NCBI GenBank assembly: GCA_027859235.1
Contig: JAQIBE010000263.1
Span: 3,568 to 67,567, forward strand
Source of the DNA: Desulfobulbaceae bacterium
GTDB lineage: Bacteria; Desulfobacterota; Desulfobulbia; Desulfobulbales; SURF-16
Length of the DNA: 64,000 bases
Direction of reading: 5' to 3'
Positions within the stretch are counted from its first letter, which is position 1; each line of letters begins with the position of its first letter. Both the position numbers and the translations under genes were made by a program. The notes beneath the pieces are model-generated. The model searched no databases, was not told the DNA's origin, and saw only the letters and a program-made list of their open reading frames with translations. Positions 51,101 to 60,900 of this stretch are shown in pieces.

Positions 51101-54100
51101 TAGGTAACGTCATCCTCTTTTTCGATCATCGCGCGCGCCGTTACGGCCTGCTCTCCTGCAATCGAGTGCAGCGGGGTTCGTTGCGCGAGAATCGCAATGA
51201 TACGAACCAAGTCACTGGCGTTGCTCATATGGGCGTGTACGGCCGTCAGCATGCGCTCTATGGACTGTGGCTTCAGCTCGCTGTGAGACCACAATGTGAA
51301 GAGAACAGCGTCAAGACCCAAGAATTGAAAGAAGGGATCGATATCCCCAACCCGGTAATGGTCGCGATTCTTTCGAGTCTGCTCCCAGGCTTCCACAAGC
51401 TCGACAAACCGCTTGTCGATGGTCCGCGCCGATGCCGTGAGTGCAGCCGACAGTGCCTCTGTGAGAGTAAGCAGCGGCTCCAGGCGGATGTCAAGAAAGC
51501 GCTCAGCAGCCTGCTGTTCATCATAGCTAATGGCATTAGTCGGCACGTTCTTGGTCTGTCCATCATCGTAACGCGGCTTGCGCGGAAGCTTGGAGAGCTG
51601 CTCCTTGGCCTTCTCTCGGAAGATTTTTCCAGAAATGGTCTTCGGAATGCGCGCGCAGACCGATACGAGCTCCTTTGGTAGTAGATCCTTCTCGTGAATA
51701 GCGCGCTTCTTTGCGGCAGCAAGCAGGGCAATCCGGAATATATAAACGAAGACATCGGTGCGGCTGAACGCGTCACGGTATGCCCAGATTCCGGGCCGGT
51801 CATGCCGCGCTCTTAGTGAAATAGATTGAGCCTCAGCGCCGAGGCCCAACGAGAGCGCGACGACGGCCGACTTCCTCAGGCCGTCTTCGAGTTCGTAGTT
51901 CTTGCGGCTTGAGTATCTTTGCGGCAAGTCAAGCTTCGTCACCTTCTTGCATAGAGCGGCAAGTTTTACGCAAAGCGGCTTGCGTCTAGAGTTCGCCAGC
52001 TCGTGAAACGACAAAGCAGCCGCAAGCGGACCGATACTGGAGAGCGCATCGATGAACTGGCCAGCCCGGCGAGCGGGCTGCGTTCCTAGCAAGGTGGCAA
52101 GATGCGTGTATCCGAGGACGAGCTGAGAGACTTCAAAGGCATACCAATCCCGCCAACCTGTGAGGTAGCTGGCCGCACCTTCTGTGCGACCTTCCGAGAT
52201 TAGAAAGAAACTTGAGGCAGCGATGTCGGCCTGGTCAGGAACCGGTCCACGATCAAAATCTTTCCGCTCTGTGCGCCGGTAATGCTGTATCCACTCTTCA
52301 TTTGCATGGGCATGACGGGTCGCCTCTGCCAGATCACCCGATAAAACATTGACGATAGTAAGACGCGCATGTCGGGTTCCTGGCCAAGCCGTTCTTATTT
52401 CAAATAGTCGCCGCCGGGCGTCAACATCTTCGGCAGCAACGACAAGATCAGGATGTTCCAGCAGGTAATCGGCTCCACGCTGATCAACCTCGGCTATGGT
52501 CGATAGCTCGACGAGCAGCCGCACAAGGCTGTTGTAGTCAACCTTGAGAGCCGCGTGCAAAGTGGCTGCCTTAAGCCGGGAATATTGAATATTGCGCTTA
52601 CCAACAGTGCTGGTAATTGAGGCGGGAATACGATCATCGAAAGCAAGTGCGAACAGACGCTCACCATCATCAAGTTCGTGTAACAGACGCGGAAGCGCAC
52701 GGGCTGCATACACCGACGCATCCTGGCGAGCAAGGAGATTGGATGCTACACGCTCAAGCGCATCACGTGATGTCGCGTATCGCTTGTGAATCAGCGTTTC
52801 CGTTGGCTCATCACGGAACATGAGCCCATGATTGGTGCGCTCCAGTAGAGGGCTCAGGTCTGAAGCAAAGCTCTCAATGGCGGCGAGATCCATGCCATGA
52901 GCGGCGGCATACTCATCCACCGGCACCGGCGGAGGAAGCACCGCCAGCCCTGCAAGAAAGGCACTGAGGTCATTCTCCTCATAACCTTGCTTTGTGGCCA
53001 AAGAGAGTGCATCCGTGATTCTTTGTTGAATCAGGTCATCCAGCTCAATGTCCTTGTTGACCTCGGATGGATCGAGAAGGCCACGACCTGCCTTGATCAG
53101 GTAATCCAGCACACGCGGATTCCCGCCGGACCGGGCGTGCGCGACGTTTACTTCTACGTTCGTGACGCTTTTTAGGCGCGCGCGCAAAAACGCGGCCGTT
53201 TCATCCTTGGTAAACGGGCATAGTTCGAATTCATCGAACTTGGCGTAGGTTTTTGGCTTGCGTTCTGTACGGCAGGATACGATTAGGTTTACGCCGTCAA
53301 TCGGTTCCGTATCGATACTCTCCAGCAGCTTGATGGGAAAGCAGTCTTCGCTTGCCTGACCGGCAGCAAAGGCTGCATTGTCGATGGCATCGATAAAAAT
53401 CGCCAGCTTGCGTCCTGGCATCATGCGCGAGATGGTGTTCAGGCACTGCGTAAGGCGGCGGCGGAATGTGCTGAGCAAAGTGTGCACATCAGGACTGTCC
53501 GGTAGCATCGGATCGCAGAGGCCGCGAAATGCCAGTGTATTCGCAATATGAATAAGCCCCTTTTTGGGTAGGTGTCGCGCGTCTTCCGGAGAGCGGTAAG
53601 CACCGCCACCAAAACAATCGAAGAAAACAACCTCGTGGTCCGTGGCTATCTTCGAGGCGAGCGAATCCATAAAGACTGTCTTGCCCACGCCACCGGTCGC
53701 ATGAATGAGAAGCGGCGTTGACGTGCTGCCGATGCGGGTCATGGCCTCGCGGAGCTGTTCCCGCGCCAGTACTTTGTCGACACCGGCGATGGCCGCTTCA
53801 CAGGGAAGCAGGTCCTTCGGGGAACCGATCTGAAGAGCGGCCAGCACGTCAGTGCGTCTGATCAGATTTCGGTCGGTACCAGCATAACCGGCTTTGTCGC
53901 GGACAAGTTCCCGAAGCTTCCCGAGCCGGGCGGCAGCAATCGGGTCACTCGTGGCAGACCAGTCAACGAGCAGGTTGGCAAGTTCGCCCTTTGTTTGCGG
54001 CAGGCTTCCGGAGCGGCCAATGATTTTGAGCTTTCGTGCAAATGCCGCCAGTGGCTTTCCCGACAAACCGGAAGCGGTCTCGAACTGCTTCGCCTGCTCC

Positions 54101-54588
54101 TTAACATCGCCAGTTGGGTTTGCTCCCGTTGCCGTAGCATCTATGGCTTGAAGCAGTAAATCGCTGATTGGCTGGTTTGTGACGAGCTGAAAGTCGAGTT
54201 TGTCTTCGACCGCTTTGGCACCGTACTTGCGTTTAAATGAGCGGTAAGTCTCGCCAAACTTTTCTACTGTCTTCTTTGCGTGAGAGGCACGGAAATCCTT
54301 GTTCTGATTAGCGATGGAGTATTTGAACTGGGCAAATGTCGTTCGGACGGCATTCTCGAAATTTGGCCGTGGGCCGTAGTAGAACGTCAGGTCAGCGACC
54401 TCGACTGTAGCAGCGGACGCCCCGGTCTGATCGTCAGGTGAAGGCCCTTCAACGGCGATTGCGGTCAGGTCGGTGTCGGGCCATAGCAACTGCGTCGCTT
54501 TACGCGCCGTCCAAGCCTCGTGAAACTCATGGCCGTCCCGCGATGCCCTGACTTTATCAATTTTTTTACTTCGTCTACCAAGCCCCAT
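48109..54588 (-). CDS. Giant Avs-like STAND NTPase with N-terminal Cap4/DUF4297-like nuclease domain
   Basis: 2159 aa; N-terminal RDGHEFHEAWTARKA...VEVADLTF...FAQFKYSI (nuclease-like with (Q)FK), LLIHATGGVGKTVFMDSLASKI Walker A, KLAIFIDAIDNAA Walker B, long C-terminal repeat-like sensor. Confidence 0.8.
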   Translation of the reverse strand: MGLGRRSKKIDKVRASRDGHEFHEAWTARKATQLLWPDTDLTAIAVEGPSPDDQTGASAATVEVADLTFYYGPRPNFENAVRTTFAQFKYSIANQNKDFRASHAKKTVEKFGETYRSFKRKYGAKAVEDKLDFQLVTNQPISDLLLQAIDATATGANPTGDVKEQAKQFETASGLSGKPLAAFARKLKIIGRSGSLPQTKGELANLLVDWSATSDPIAAARLGKLRELVRDKAGYAGTDRNLIRRTDVLAALQIGSPKDLLPCEAAIAGVDKVLAREQLREAMTRIGSTSTPLLIHATGGVGKTVFMDSLASKIATDHEVVFFDCFGGGAYRSPEDARHLPKKGLIHIANTLAFRGLCDPMLPDSPDVHTLLSTFRRRLTQCLNTISRMMPGRKLAIFIDAIDNAAFAAGQASEDCFPIKLLESIDTEPIDGVNLIVSCRTERKPKTYAKFDEFELCPFTKDETAAFLRARLKSVTNVEVNVAHARSGGNPRVLDYLIKAGRGLLDPSEVNKDIELDDLIQQRITDALSLATKQGYEENDLSAFLAGLAVLPPPVPVDEYAAAHGMDLAAIESFASDLSPLLERTNHGLMFRDEPTETLIHKRYATSRDALERVASNLLARQDASVYAARALPRLLHELDDGERLFALAFDDRIPASITSTVGKRNIQYSRLKAATLHAALKVDYNSLVRLLVELSTIAEVDQRGADYLLEHPDLVVAAEDVDARRRLFEIRTAWPGTRHARLTIVNVLSGDLAEATRHAHANEEWIQHYRRTERKDFDRGPVPDQADIAASSFFLISEGRTEGAASYLTGWRDWYAFEVSQLVLGYTHLATLLGTQPARRAGQFIDALSSIGPLAAALSFHELANSRRKPLCVKLAALCKKVTKLDLPQRYSSRKNYELEDGLRKSAVVALSLGLGAEAQSISLRARHDRPGIWAYRDAFSRTDVFVYIFRIALLAAAKKRAIHEKDLLPKELVSVCARIPKTISGKIFREKAKEQLSKLPRKPRYDDGQTKNVPTNAISYDEQQAAERFLDIRLEPLLTLTEALSAALTASARTIDKRFVELVEAWEQTRKNRDHYRVGDIDPFFQFLGLDAVLFTLWSHSELKPQSIERMLTAVHAHMSNASDLVRIIAILAQRTPLHSIAGEQAVTARAMIEKEDDVTYRASLFGTLGRAILPASLDEAAAYFRNGLEQMDAIGSGDYLFTNELLLFASEMKGDELEERDFHTLSNICELNMGEEPEKFFWGAYGRGMAKAAGMRGLAKLSRWDDRNRVALNNTLLTYLTGMLEAEKIDPKDALCINRLAEPAEYFFAGTKEFSKALRQQAGPDAEVITELITQFEDDNPTIASDETVETLYALADEALSASHDLTKHLKAARDRYETARQGRNTAYDSSSDLDPKMRREAAKRDSENKDALVRIAEATAPTDEASLVKAIDGFNALGNMYDLKGGFFSALRAKVPFAARGQYIRNVANLEHLFFYWKFTELKDAKEAWGGSSAALAGVYRSLAQPLILAHADDLVDDGRFSGANIKEISEFTGVPMAELVVEVIKVYSRPDSTVAGSVWLAFANFICPEADEGQGQLALKRLLSSDSARIADNVTDGSWKAGCYPVNDFDEIAAGLIWRVIGSPHAVDRWRAAHCIRRFAKFGRWGIVDTVVAAFDTKTAEPFQAPELVFYYLHARLWLLITLARAAIDHPDQVARYKDLLLAVIMEKDEPHVLMRHFAAKALLACVDRSKLALDAATLKLVRNADKSPHPRLRKKSRNGGGFYQGRPKTVPEPPFRFHLEYEFKKHDVDSLSQVFGKGCWEVDDMMSGIVQKSDPSMTHMYEDGGRESRGRSSHEMTTRFHGYGQQLGWHALFIAAGKLLAAHPVTDDWWYEDDPWGEWLGRYGLTRKDGLWLSDGTDRTPDDASVRLLESKKKGLAITGDQKKIIGLAALDIEKGIDRELIIQGRWYSSDGVEVRLSSALVSPKRAAQFARKLIREKPILAYVPTFQGCEDDDEYLRSEKKEYSPWIVCPSGETRLDEHDPHGVSVANLRPRLAQDYSELCKLTRQDAFGRFWDNNHEMLSLWAEAWGRDETNQEDGPHPGLRLLCKSSVLKKVLMKYDRELLLLFDLQRYEKETYRSRGRFSHSIGVVLIDKSLNVKYFKGRVNYPNKSDW

Positions 54589-54936
54589 ATTTCATTCCAA
54601 TACACTGAGACCGGCTATGAATGACAACCGGAAGTTAACTGCTTGAGCACTACCATTTGCTCCACGAATGCCACATGCTCCTCAACAATCAGGCAAGAGC
54701 AGTTTGGCCGGAATTTTGACGCCGACAGCTAAGGGCACCCCTCTACAACCGGTCGTAGCTGATCGCAACTGGACACATAACGCCAAAGTTAACCCGCCAG
54801 CCGACCAGTTTGGTAATTAATTTTGCGCATTGTAATTTGTTGAATCTGGCTCAAGAAATCGCGCGTGCTCGCTGGTCGGCGTTGAACGCATTGTTCGGCT
54901 CGTCCTTGCACTTGAGTTTATATCTGCCTAATCTAT

Positions 54937-55863
54937 TTAGTAGATTTCCTCTTTTATTAGGCCTACACACGACAGGTTGATGACAGTTAACATGTTATCG
55001 CACATATGCTCGATTCCCATCAATGTTGATAAGTCAGGTGCGAACTTCTCTCCTTCTTGAAAGATATTGGGGAATGGACACCATGGTTGTGATGTTAATT
55101 TTGCAAATTCTTCGGTAACTAAGGGTTCATTATGGACTAATAAATTTCTTAGATGAGCGACAGTGTCGAGAGATTCTGCTACTCCATTTAATAGTTCGCC
55201 CATACCTCCCATTGAAAGTTTTGAAATTTGAATATATGAACTGAAGACTTTTTTTATACCATCATAAGCTTTTTTTCTGTGCCAAGTATTTAACCTTTCT
55301 GTCCATTGAATATCCCATTCTTTATTTAGTTCAGGATCTTCATTTTTTGTTCTATATAGCTTCCTTAAATCTCTAAACTGTTTGCCACGTAGAAGTGATG
55401 ATGGATTGTGGTTAAGAAAAATTTTATAAGATATAAATATATACTCTTCAATAGCACTATAAATCTCAATAATCCCATTTTCTGCAATCAAAGGTTGTAT
55501 AGTCTGATAGTTATCTGCTACTTCATCGCCATTCCATAAAGCGATTTTTGATCTGCCCATTGTTTTATCTTTCTGAACTCTAAATGAATCAATCCAAAAT
55601 TTTCCATTCTTTTTAAAATCATCATCAGAATATCTCTCGATAGCTTTTTCTATAGAATTGAGGCAAAGTGCCCATTTTATATATGCACTTCTAAATTTTG
55701 CTCGCCAATCACCTATTTGTTCTGTTGTTTCATTTAACCATTTTTGCCCTGCGGTTAGCGCAGGTACTATAATATTATTTGGACTGACAAATTCTGGTAA
55801 ATCAGTAGCATTTATATATTTATGTCCTACAAAATCTACTCTTTCTTTCATTCGCTTTCCCAA
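54937..55863 (-). CDS. Hypothetical protein with possible HEPN motif
   Basis: 308 aa; VAHLRNLLVHNEPL contains RNxxxH; YSAIEEYIFISYKIFL helical context. Confidence 0.6.
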   Translation of the reverse strand: MGKRMKERVDFVGHKYINATDLPEFVSPNNIIVPALTAGQKWLNETTEQIGDWRAKFRSAYIKWALCLNSIEKAIERYSDDDFKKNGKFWIDSFRVQKDKTMGRSKIALWNGDEVADNYQTIQPLIAENGIIEIYSAIEEYIFISYKIFLNHNPSSLLRGKQFRDLRKLYRTKNEDPELNKEWDIQWTERLNTWHRKKAYDGIKKVFSSYIQISKLSMGGMGELLNGVAESLDTVAHLRNLLVHNEPLVTEEFAKLTSQPWCPFPNIFQEGEKFAPDLSTLMGIEHMCDNMLTVINLSCVGLIKEEIY

Positions 55864-56496
55864 ATAAATATATAGTTAAAAACAGCTTTTGGTTAATTGA
55901 TTTATTAAAGCCGAACATTGTCAATACATAGAAAATGTCCATAGTATCATCCTATATCTGGACTGTTTTTCCGCCTATTCTGATATCAAGACTGGTTGTA
56001 TGGAAAAAGCTGTCCACTTATTACCGCAGTATCGATATTTTCCAGTTATTCACAGATAAGGATGTAATGTGGAAATAGTAGTTTAATCTTGTTGCCTCAC
56101 ATTCTTACGGAAACTAACCCCATCTTTGCTATTAATCAATCAGGACAATATATTATGAGCAAATAGCATAGGGAACCAATGCCAATCTTAACCATTTAAG
56201 AAAAACGGCCAGTTAACATTGTTCCTGATTATCTCTTCCCGATAAATTCATGAGCAAATTCTACTTTTAATCCGCTATTTTTCGGGGGGATTACCTTATC
56301 AATTATTTGTTGCGCCCCCCTTTTAAATTTCCAGACGTTGCCGTATTGTCTTTTCATTTTATAGCTAATCATCTAATTGAAGTGTTTAACTATTTGAATT
56401 TTTAGGGATTAATGAGTACTCTCGTTTTGTTAGGAGTAGGTCTTTTATATTTAGGGGCTCGGTGATGAATCTTTAGATATATGTTAACTTTTTAAC

Positions 56497-56682
56497 ATGG
56501 AAGATCGCTGGTTATCTGTTGAAGAAATAGCCAAATACTTATGTGTCAGCAAAGACACCATATCCAACTGGATCAATTGGAAAAATATGTCTGCTCATAA
56601 AGTTGGACGGTTATGGAAGTTCAAGCATGAAGAAGTTGATGAGTGGGTGAAATCAGATGGAGCTGCAGAAAGTGACAGATAG
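56497..56682 (+). CDS. Helix-turn-helix (excisionase/MerR-like) DNA-binding protein upstream of BREX genes
   Basis: MEDRWLSVEEIAKYLCVSKDTISNWINWKNMSAHKVGRLWKFKHEEVDEWVKSDG. Confidence 0.85.
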   Translation: MEDRWLSVEEIAKYLCVSKDTISNWINWKNMSAHKVGRLWKFKHEEVDEWVKSDGAAESDR

Positions 56683-57286
56683 TAAGTACAAAATGTCCTT
56701 CACTTCCGGAGGCCTGTTTTTTAATGAATCACTGCAGGTTGCTGAATTATTTAATGAAATTGGTGATTGGCAGAAAACCCGTGATCACGTTTTATTAGAT
56801 AATTTTCTGCAGGCTCGAACAGAGAGCAGTGCCAAACGCAGAGCCCGAGAAATATGTTTTCGCTTAGAGTTGTTAACAGACGCCCAACTACAATTGCTCA
56901 TTTCAGGTTCACGACATGAACAGCAATACCTTCTCTGGGTGGCGGTCTGTAAACGCTACTCTTTTGTCCATGAATTTATGATGGAGGTTGTACGGGAAAA
57001 ATACCTGCGTATGGATCTCCATCTTCACTACCAGGATTACGAGATCTTTTTTGCCGACAAGGCCGAGTGGCATGAAGAACTGGAACACCTCCGGGACTCA
57101 ACACGGGCAAAACTTAGACAGGTTCTTTTTAAAATCATGCGAGAGTCAGAAATTCTGTCACCTGACAATATGATCATCCCCGGCCTTCTTACTGAACAAT
57201 TAACTAAGGTGCTGACGGCAGACCACCCCGCCTTACTTGCACTGTTCCCTGTGTCTGACATGGATATCAACTCATGGTTAGCGTAA
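56657..57286 (+). CDS. brxA: BREX system protein BrxA (DUF1819)
   Basis: MSFTSGGLFFNESLQVAELFNEIGDWQKTRDHVLLDNFLQARTESSAKR; overlaps the HTH gene, followed by brxB. Confidence 0.88.
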   Translation: MELQKVTDSKYKMSFTSGGLFFNESLQVAELFNEIGDWQKTRDHVLLDNFLQARTESSAKRRAREICFRLELLTDAQLQLLISGSRHEQQYLLWVAVCKRYSFVHEFMMEVVREKYLRMDLHLHYQDYEIFFADKAEWHEELEHLRDSTRAKLRQVLFKIMRESEILSPDNMIIPGLLTEQLTKVLTADHPALLALFPVSDMDINSWLA

Positions 57287-57288
57287 AT

Positions 57289-57894
57289 TACGACATGAAC
57301 CAATTTTCAATTAATGACAGTTTCGATCATCTGCTTAAACTCATCAGCAGTGAGCGGTTTCTGAAGAAACAGGGGCTGGGCAATGAAGTCCCTTTTTTTA
57401 TATGCCCCTTTCCGCCTCAGAAGGCTGTGGACATGGAAAGGCTCCGTATTCAGTTACGAAATAAACTCGAACAACAGGGTATTCGTATTCTTGATATCAA
57501 TCTTTATGATCTGGCCGTTGATATCCTAAAAAAACGTAATATTTGGGATCGTATTCTTGAAACTGAAGGGTCTATAGACAAAGAGCATCTCAAAGAACTC
57601 CTGCAGGGCATTCTTGATTCACAAGCACACTTGATCCCTGCCATAGCAGAGGAAATGGCTAAAGCCGATTTTGATGTGATGTTTCTCTCCGGAGTTGGGG
57701 AAGTTTTTCCATACATTCGCTCCCACAATGTCCTGAACAACCTGCAAAGTACCGCCAAAGAAAGGCCTACTGTGATGTTCTTCCCTGGTGCTTATACCCA
57801 ATCTTTAGAAGGCGGCGCATCCCTGGATCTCTTTGACTGTTTACATGATGACAAGTATTACCGGGCATTCAACATTTTCCACTGCGAGATTTAA
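57289..57894 (+). CDS. brxB: BREX system protein BrxB (DUF1788)
   Basis: GLGNEVPFFICPFPPQKAVDMERLRIQLRNKLEQQGIRILDINLYDLAVDIL...VMFFPGAYTQSLEGGASLDLFDCLHDDKYYRAFNI. Confidence 0.9.
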   Translation, partial: YDMNQFSINDSFDHLLKLISSERFLKKQGLGNEVPFFICPFPPQKAVDMERLRIQLRNKLEQQGIRILDINLYDLAVDILKKRNIWDRILETEGSIDKEHLKELLQGILDSQAHLIPAIAEEMAKADFDVMFLSGVGEVFPYIRSHNVLNNLQSTAKERPTVMFFPGAYTQSLEGGASLDLFDCLHDDKYYRAFNIFHCEI

Positions 57895-57929
57895 CCGGGA
57901 CAAACTACGCCCACATAAAAGGAAAACCC

Positions 57930-60900
57930 ATGCTGCTAAGTGAAATATTCGAGAAACCGGTAGATCGGTCTATAGAAGGTGTTATCAAGGCTGATGATGA
58001 AGCCAGTCTGCGCCTGGAGGTAGAGGAATACGTTCTCACCAACGAGGTTGCGCAACGGCTGGAAAGTTTTCTTGACGCCTATAAAAACTATGACGGTGCA
58101 AACGGCGTCTGGGTGTCTGGTTTCTTTGGTTCCGGAAAATCGCATCTCCTGAAGATCCTCGCCCTGCTCCTTGAAAATCGCTCCATTGACGGCACACCCG
58201 TCCTCGACCTGTTTCTTCCTAAATGTGCGGATAATGAAATTCTGCGCGGTGACCTTAAACGGGCCGTAGAAATCCCCTCTAAATCCATCCTCTTTAATAT
58301 TGACCAGAAAGCTGACGTTATCAGCAAAACCCAGTCAGATGCCCTGCTCTCCGTCTTTGTGAAGGTCTTTGATGAAATGTGCGGCTACTACGGCAAGCAT
58401 GGCCATATTGCCCAATTTGAGCGGGATCTTGATGGCCGTGGCCTATATGGCAAATTCAAAGATGCCTATAAAAATATCGCCAAACAGGACTGGACAGCAG
58501 GCCGGGAACAGGCATTGCTCGAGGGTCATAATATAGCCAAAGCCTACTCCCAGGTCACAGACACGGATGAAGAGTCCGCAAAGGGTATCCTTGATAAATA
58601 CCGCAGCGACTACAAGCTCTCCATTGAAGACTTTGCCGAGCAGATTAATACCTATATCGAGCAGCAGGAGGCCAATTTCCGCTTAAACTTTTTTGTTGAT
58701 GAGGTCGGTCAATACGTCGCAGATAACACAAAACTCATGACAAACCTGCAGACCGTGGCAGAAAGTCTGGCCACCAAATGCAGAGGTCGGGCCTGGGTCA
58801 TCGTTACTGCCCAGGAGGTCTTGGATGATGTTGTCGGTGAAATGACCAAAAAACAGGCCAATGACTTTTCCAAGATCCAGGCCCGTTTTGCCAACCGTAT
58901 GAAGCTTACCAGCGCCAATGTAGATGAGGTCATCCAGAAGAGGCTTTTACTTAAAAACGAAAGTGGCGTGGCGACACTATCTGATGTCTACCATGAACAG
59001 GTAAACAATTTTAAAACCCTGTTTGATTTTGGAGACGGCTCCCAAAGCTATAAGAATTTCAAGGACCGGGACCATTTCATCCATGCCTATCCCTTCATCC
59101 CCTATCAGTTCACCCTGTTCCAGGCGGCCATCCAAAGCCTGTCACAACATAATGCCTTTGAGGGCAAGCATAGTTCCGTAGGCGAGCGCTCCATGCTTGG
59201 CGTGTTCCAGCATGTGGCAAAGCATATCGCTAACCACAGCATCAGGGAGCTGGCCACCTTTGACCTGATGTTTGAAGGAATCCGCACTGCCCTGAAGGCT
59301 CAGATCCAGAGGGCTGTTCTCAACTCAGAACAACACCTGGGCGATGAGTTTGCCGTCCGTGTCCTCAAGGCACTGTTTCTAGTGAAGTATGTCAAGTCGT
59401 TCAAGGCCACTGTTCGTAACATCAGCATCCTCATGCTGGACAATTTTGACCGCAACATCACTGATCTGCATAAACAGGTGGAAGCGGCCCTGAACCTCCT
59501 TGAACAGCAAACCTATATCCAGCGCAATGGTGAGTTGTATGAGTTCCTTACCAATGAAGAAAAGGATGTGGAGCAGGAGGTCAAAAATACGGACGTTGAA
59601 AACTCGGACGTTTCAGAAGAGCTGGTCAAACTCGTGTTTGATTACCCCTTAAAGTCAAGAAAGATCCGTTACGATGACAATGGCCAGGATTATGCTTTTG
59701 CCCGTAAACTCGATGACCGCTTATGCGGCAAAGACCATGAGCTCACCATCCATATCATCAGCCCGTTTCATGAGCAGGTCGATAATGAAACCACCCTTGC
59801 CATGCAGTCCATGGCCAAAGATGAACTGCTGGTTATCATGCCCGCCGATGATCGTTTCCTCCATGATCTGCTCCTCTATAAAAAGACCGACAAATATGTC
59901 CGTCTGAATATGACCCAGACCCAGCAGGAGGCGATTGGACGGATTCTTACCGAGAAGAGTTTTCAGAACCGTGAGCGCTACAAGGCTCTGCAGGATAGAG
60001 CCAAGGATCTGCTCGGCAAGGCAAAGCTCATTATCAACTTGAAACCCCTTGAGTTAAGCAGTACTGACCCACAGACCAGAATTACTCAGGGTTTTTATGA
60101 TCTGCTTCGCCGCACCTATCCCAACCTGAACATGCTGCGGGGGATCAAATACAGCGAGAATGATATAGCGACGTGCCTTAAACCGTCTGGGGCGACACTC
60201 TTCGGCGGTGATGAGAAAATGATGAGTGAGGCAGAGCACGAAATGTTCTCCTTTATCCAGGGCAATAGCCGCAATGGTGTGCGGACAACTCTGAAAAGCC
60301 TGGTGGAGCGCTTCGAGAAGAAGCCGTACGGCTGGTACTTTGCCGCCATCCTCTGTATCACGGCCAAACTCTGCGCCCGTGAAAAGATTGAGGTCAAATC
60401 CGATTCAAATCCTCTGGAAGATACGGCTTTAGAAAAGGCCCTGCGTAACAGTCAGGGCCATGGAAATATCATCCTTGATCCCCAGATTGATTTTACAACC
60501 TCCCAGGTCCGGCAATTAAAGGAGTTTTATGAAGACTTCTTTGATGCCCCCCCCAAAGCAAACGAGGCCAAACCCCTGGGCAAAGAGACTGGCGCAGCAT
60601 TCAAAGAACTTCTGCAGGCCTTGGAGCCAATGGCAGGCATGGTCTCACACTACCCGTTCTTGACAGTGCTGAAAGAACCCATCAGTCAGCTTCGAGAGCT
60701 TGTTGGCAAAGAGTATAGCTTCTACCTGACCGCCCTTGCCAAGCTTGAAGATAATCTCCTCGACATGAAGGACAATGTGCTGGAACCGGTGCGGCGCTTC
60801 ATGTCAGGCCAGCCCAAAGATATCTATGACGAGAGCAAGCGTTTTCTTGAAGAGCAGAATGCCAATTTCTCAGATCTTCAAGGTGATGAGGGCCAGCAGA

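Noticed and set aside
50488-51681. 397-aa plus-strand ORF opposite the Avs-like gene
   Set aside because: Antisense shadow of a high-GC coding region; composition not protein-like.
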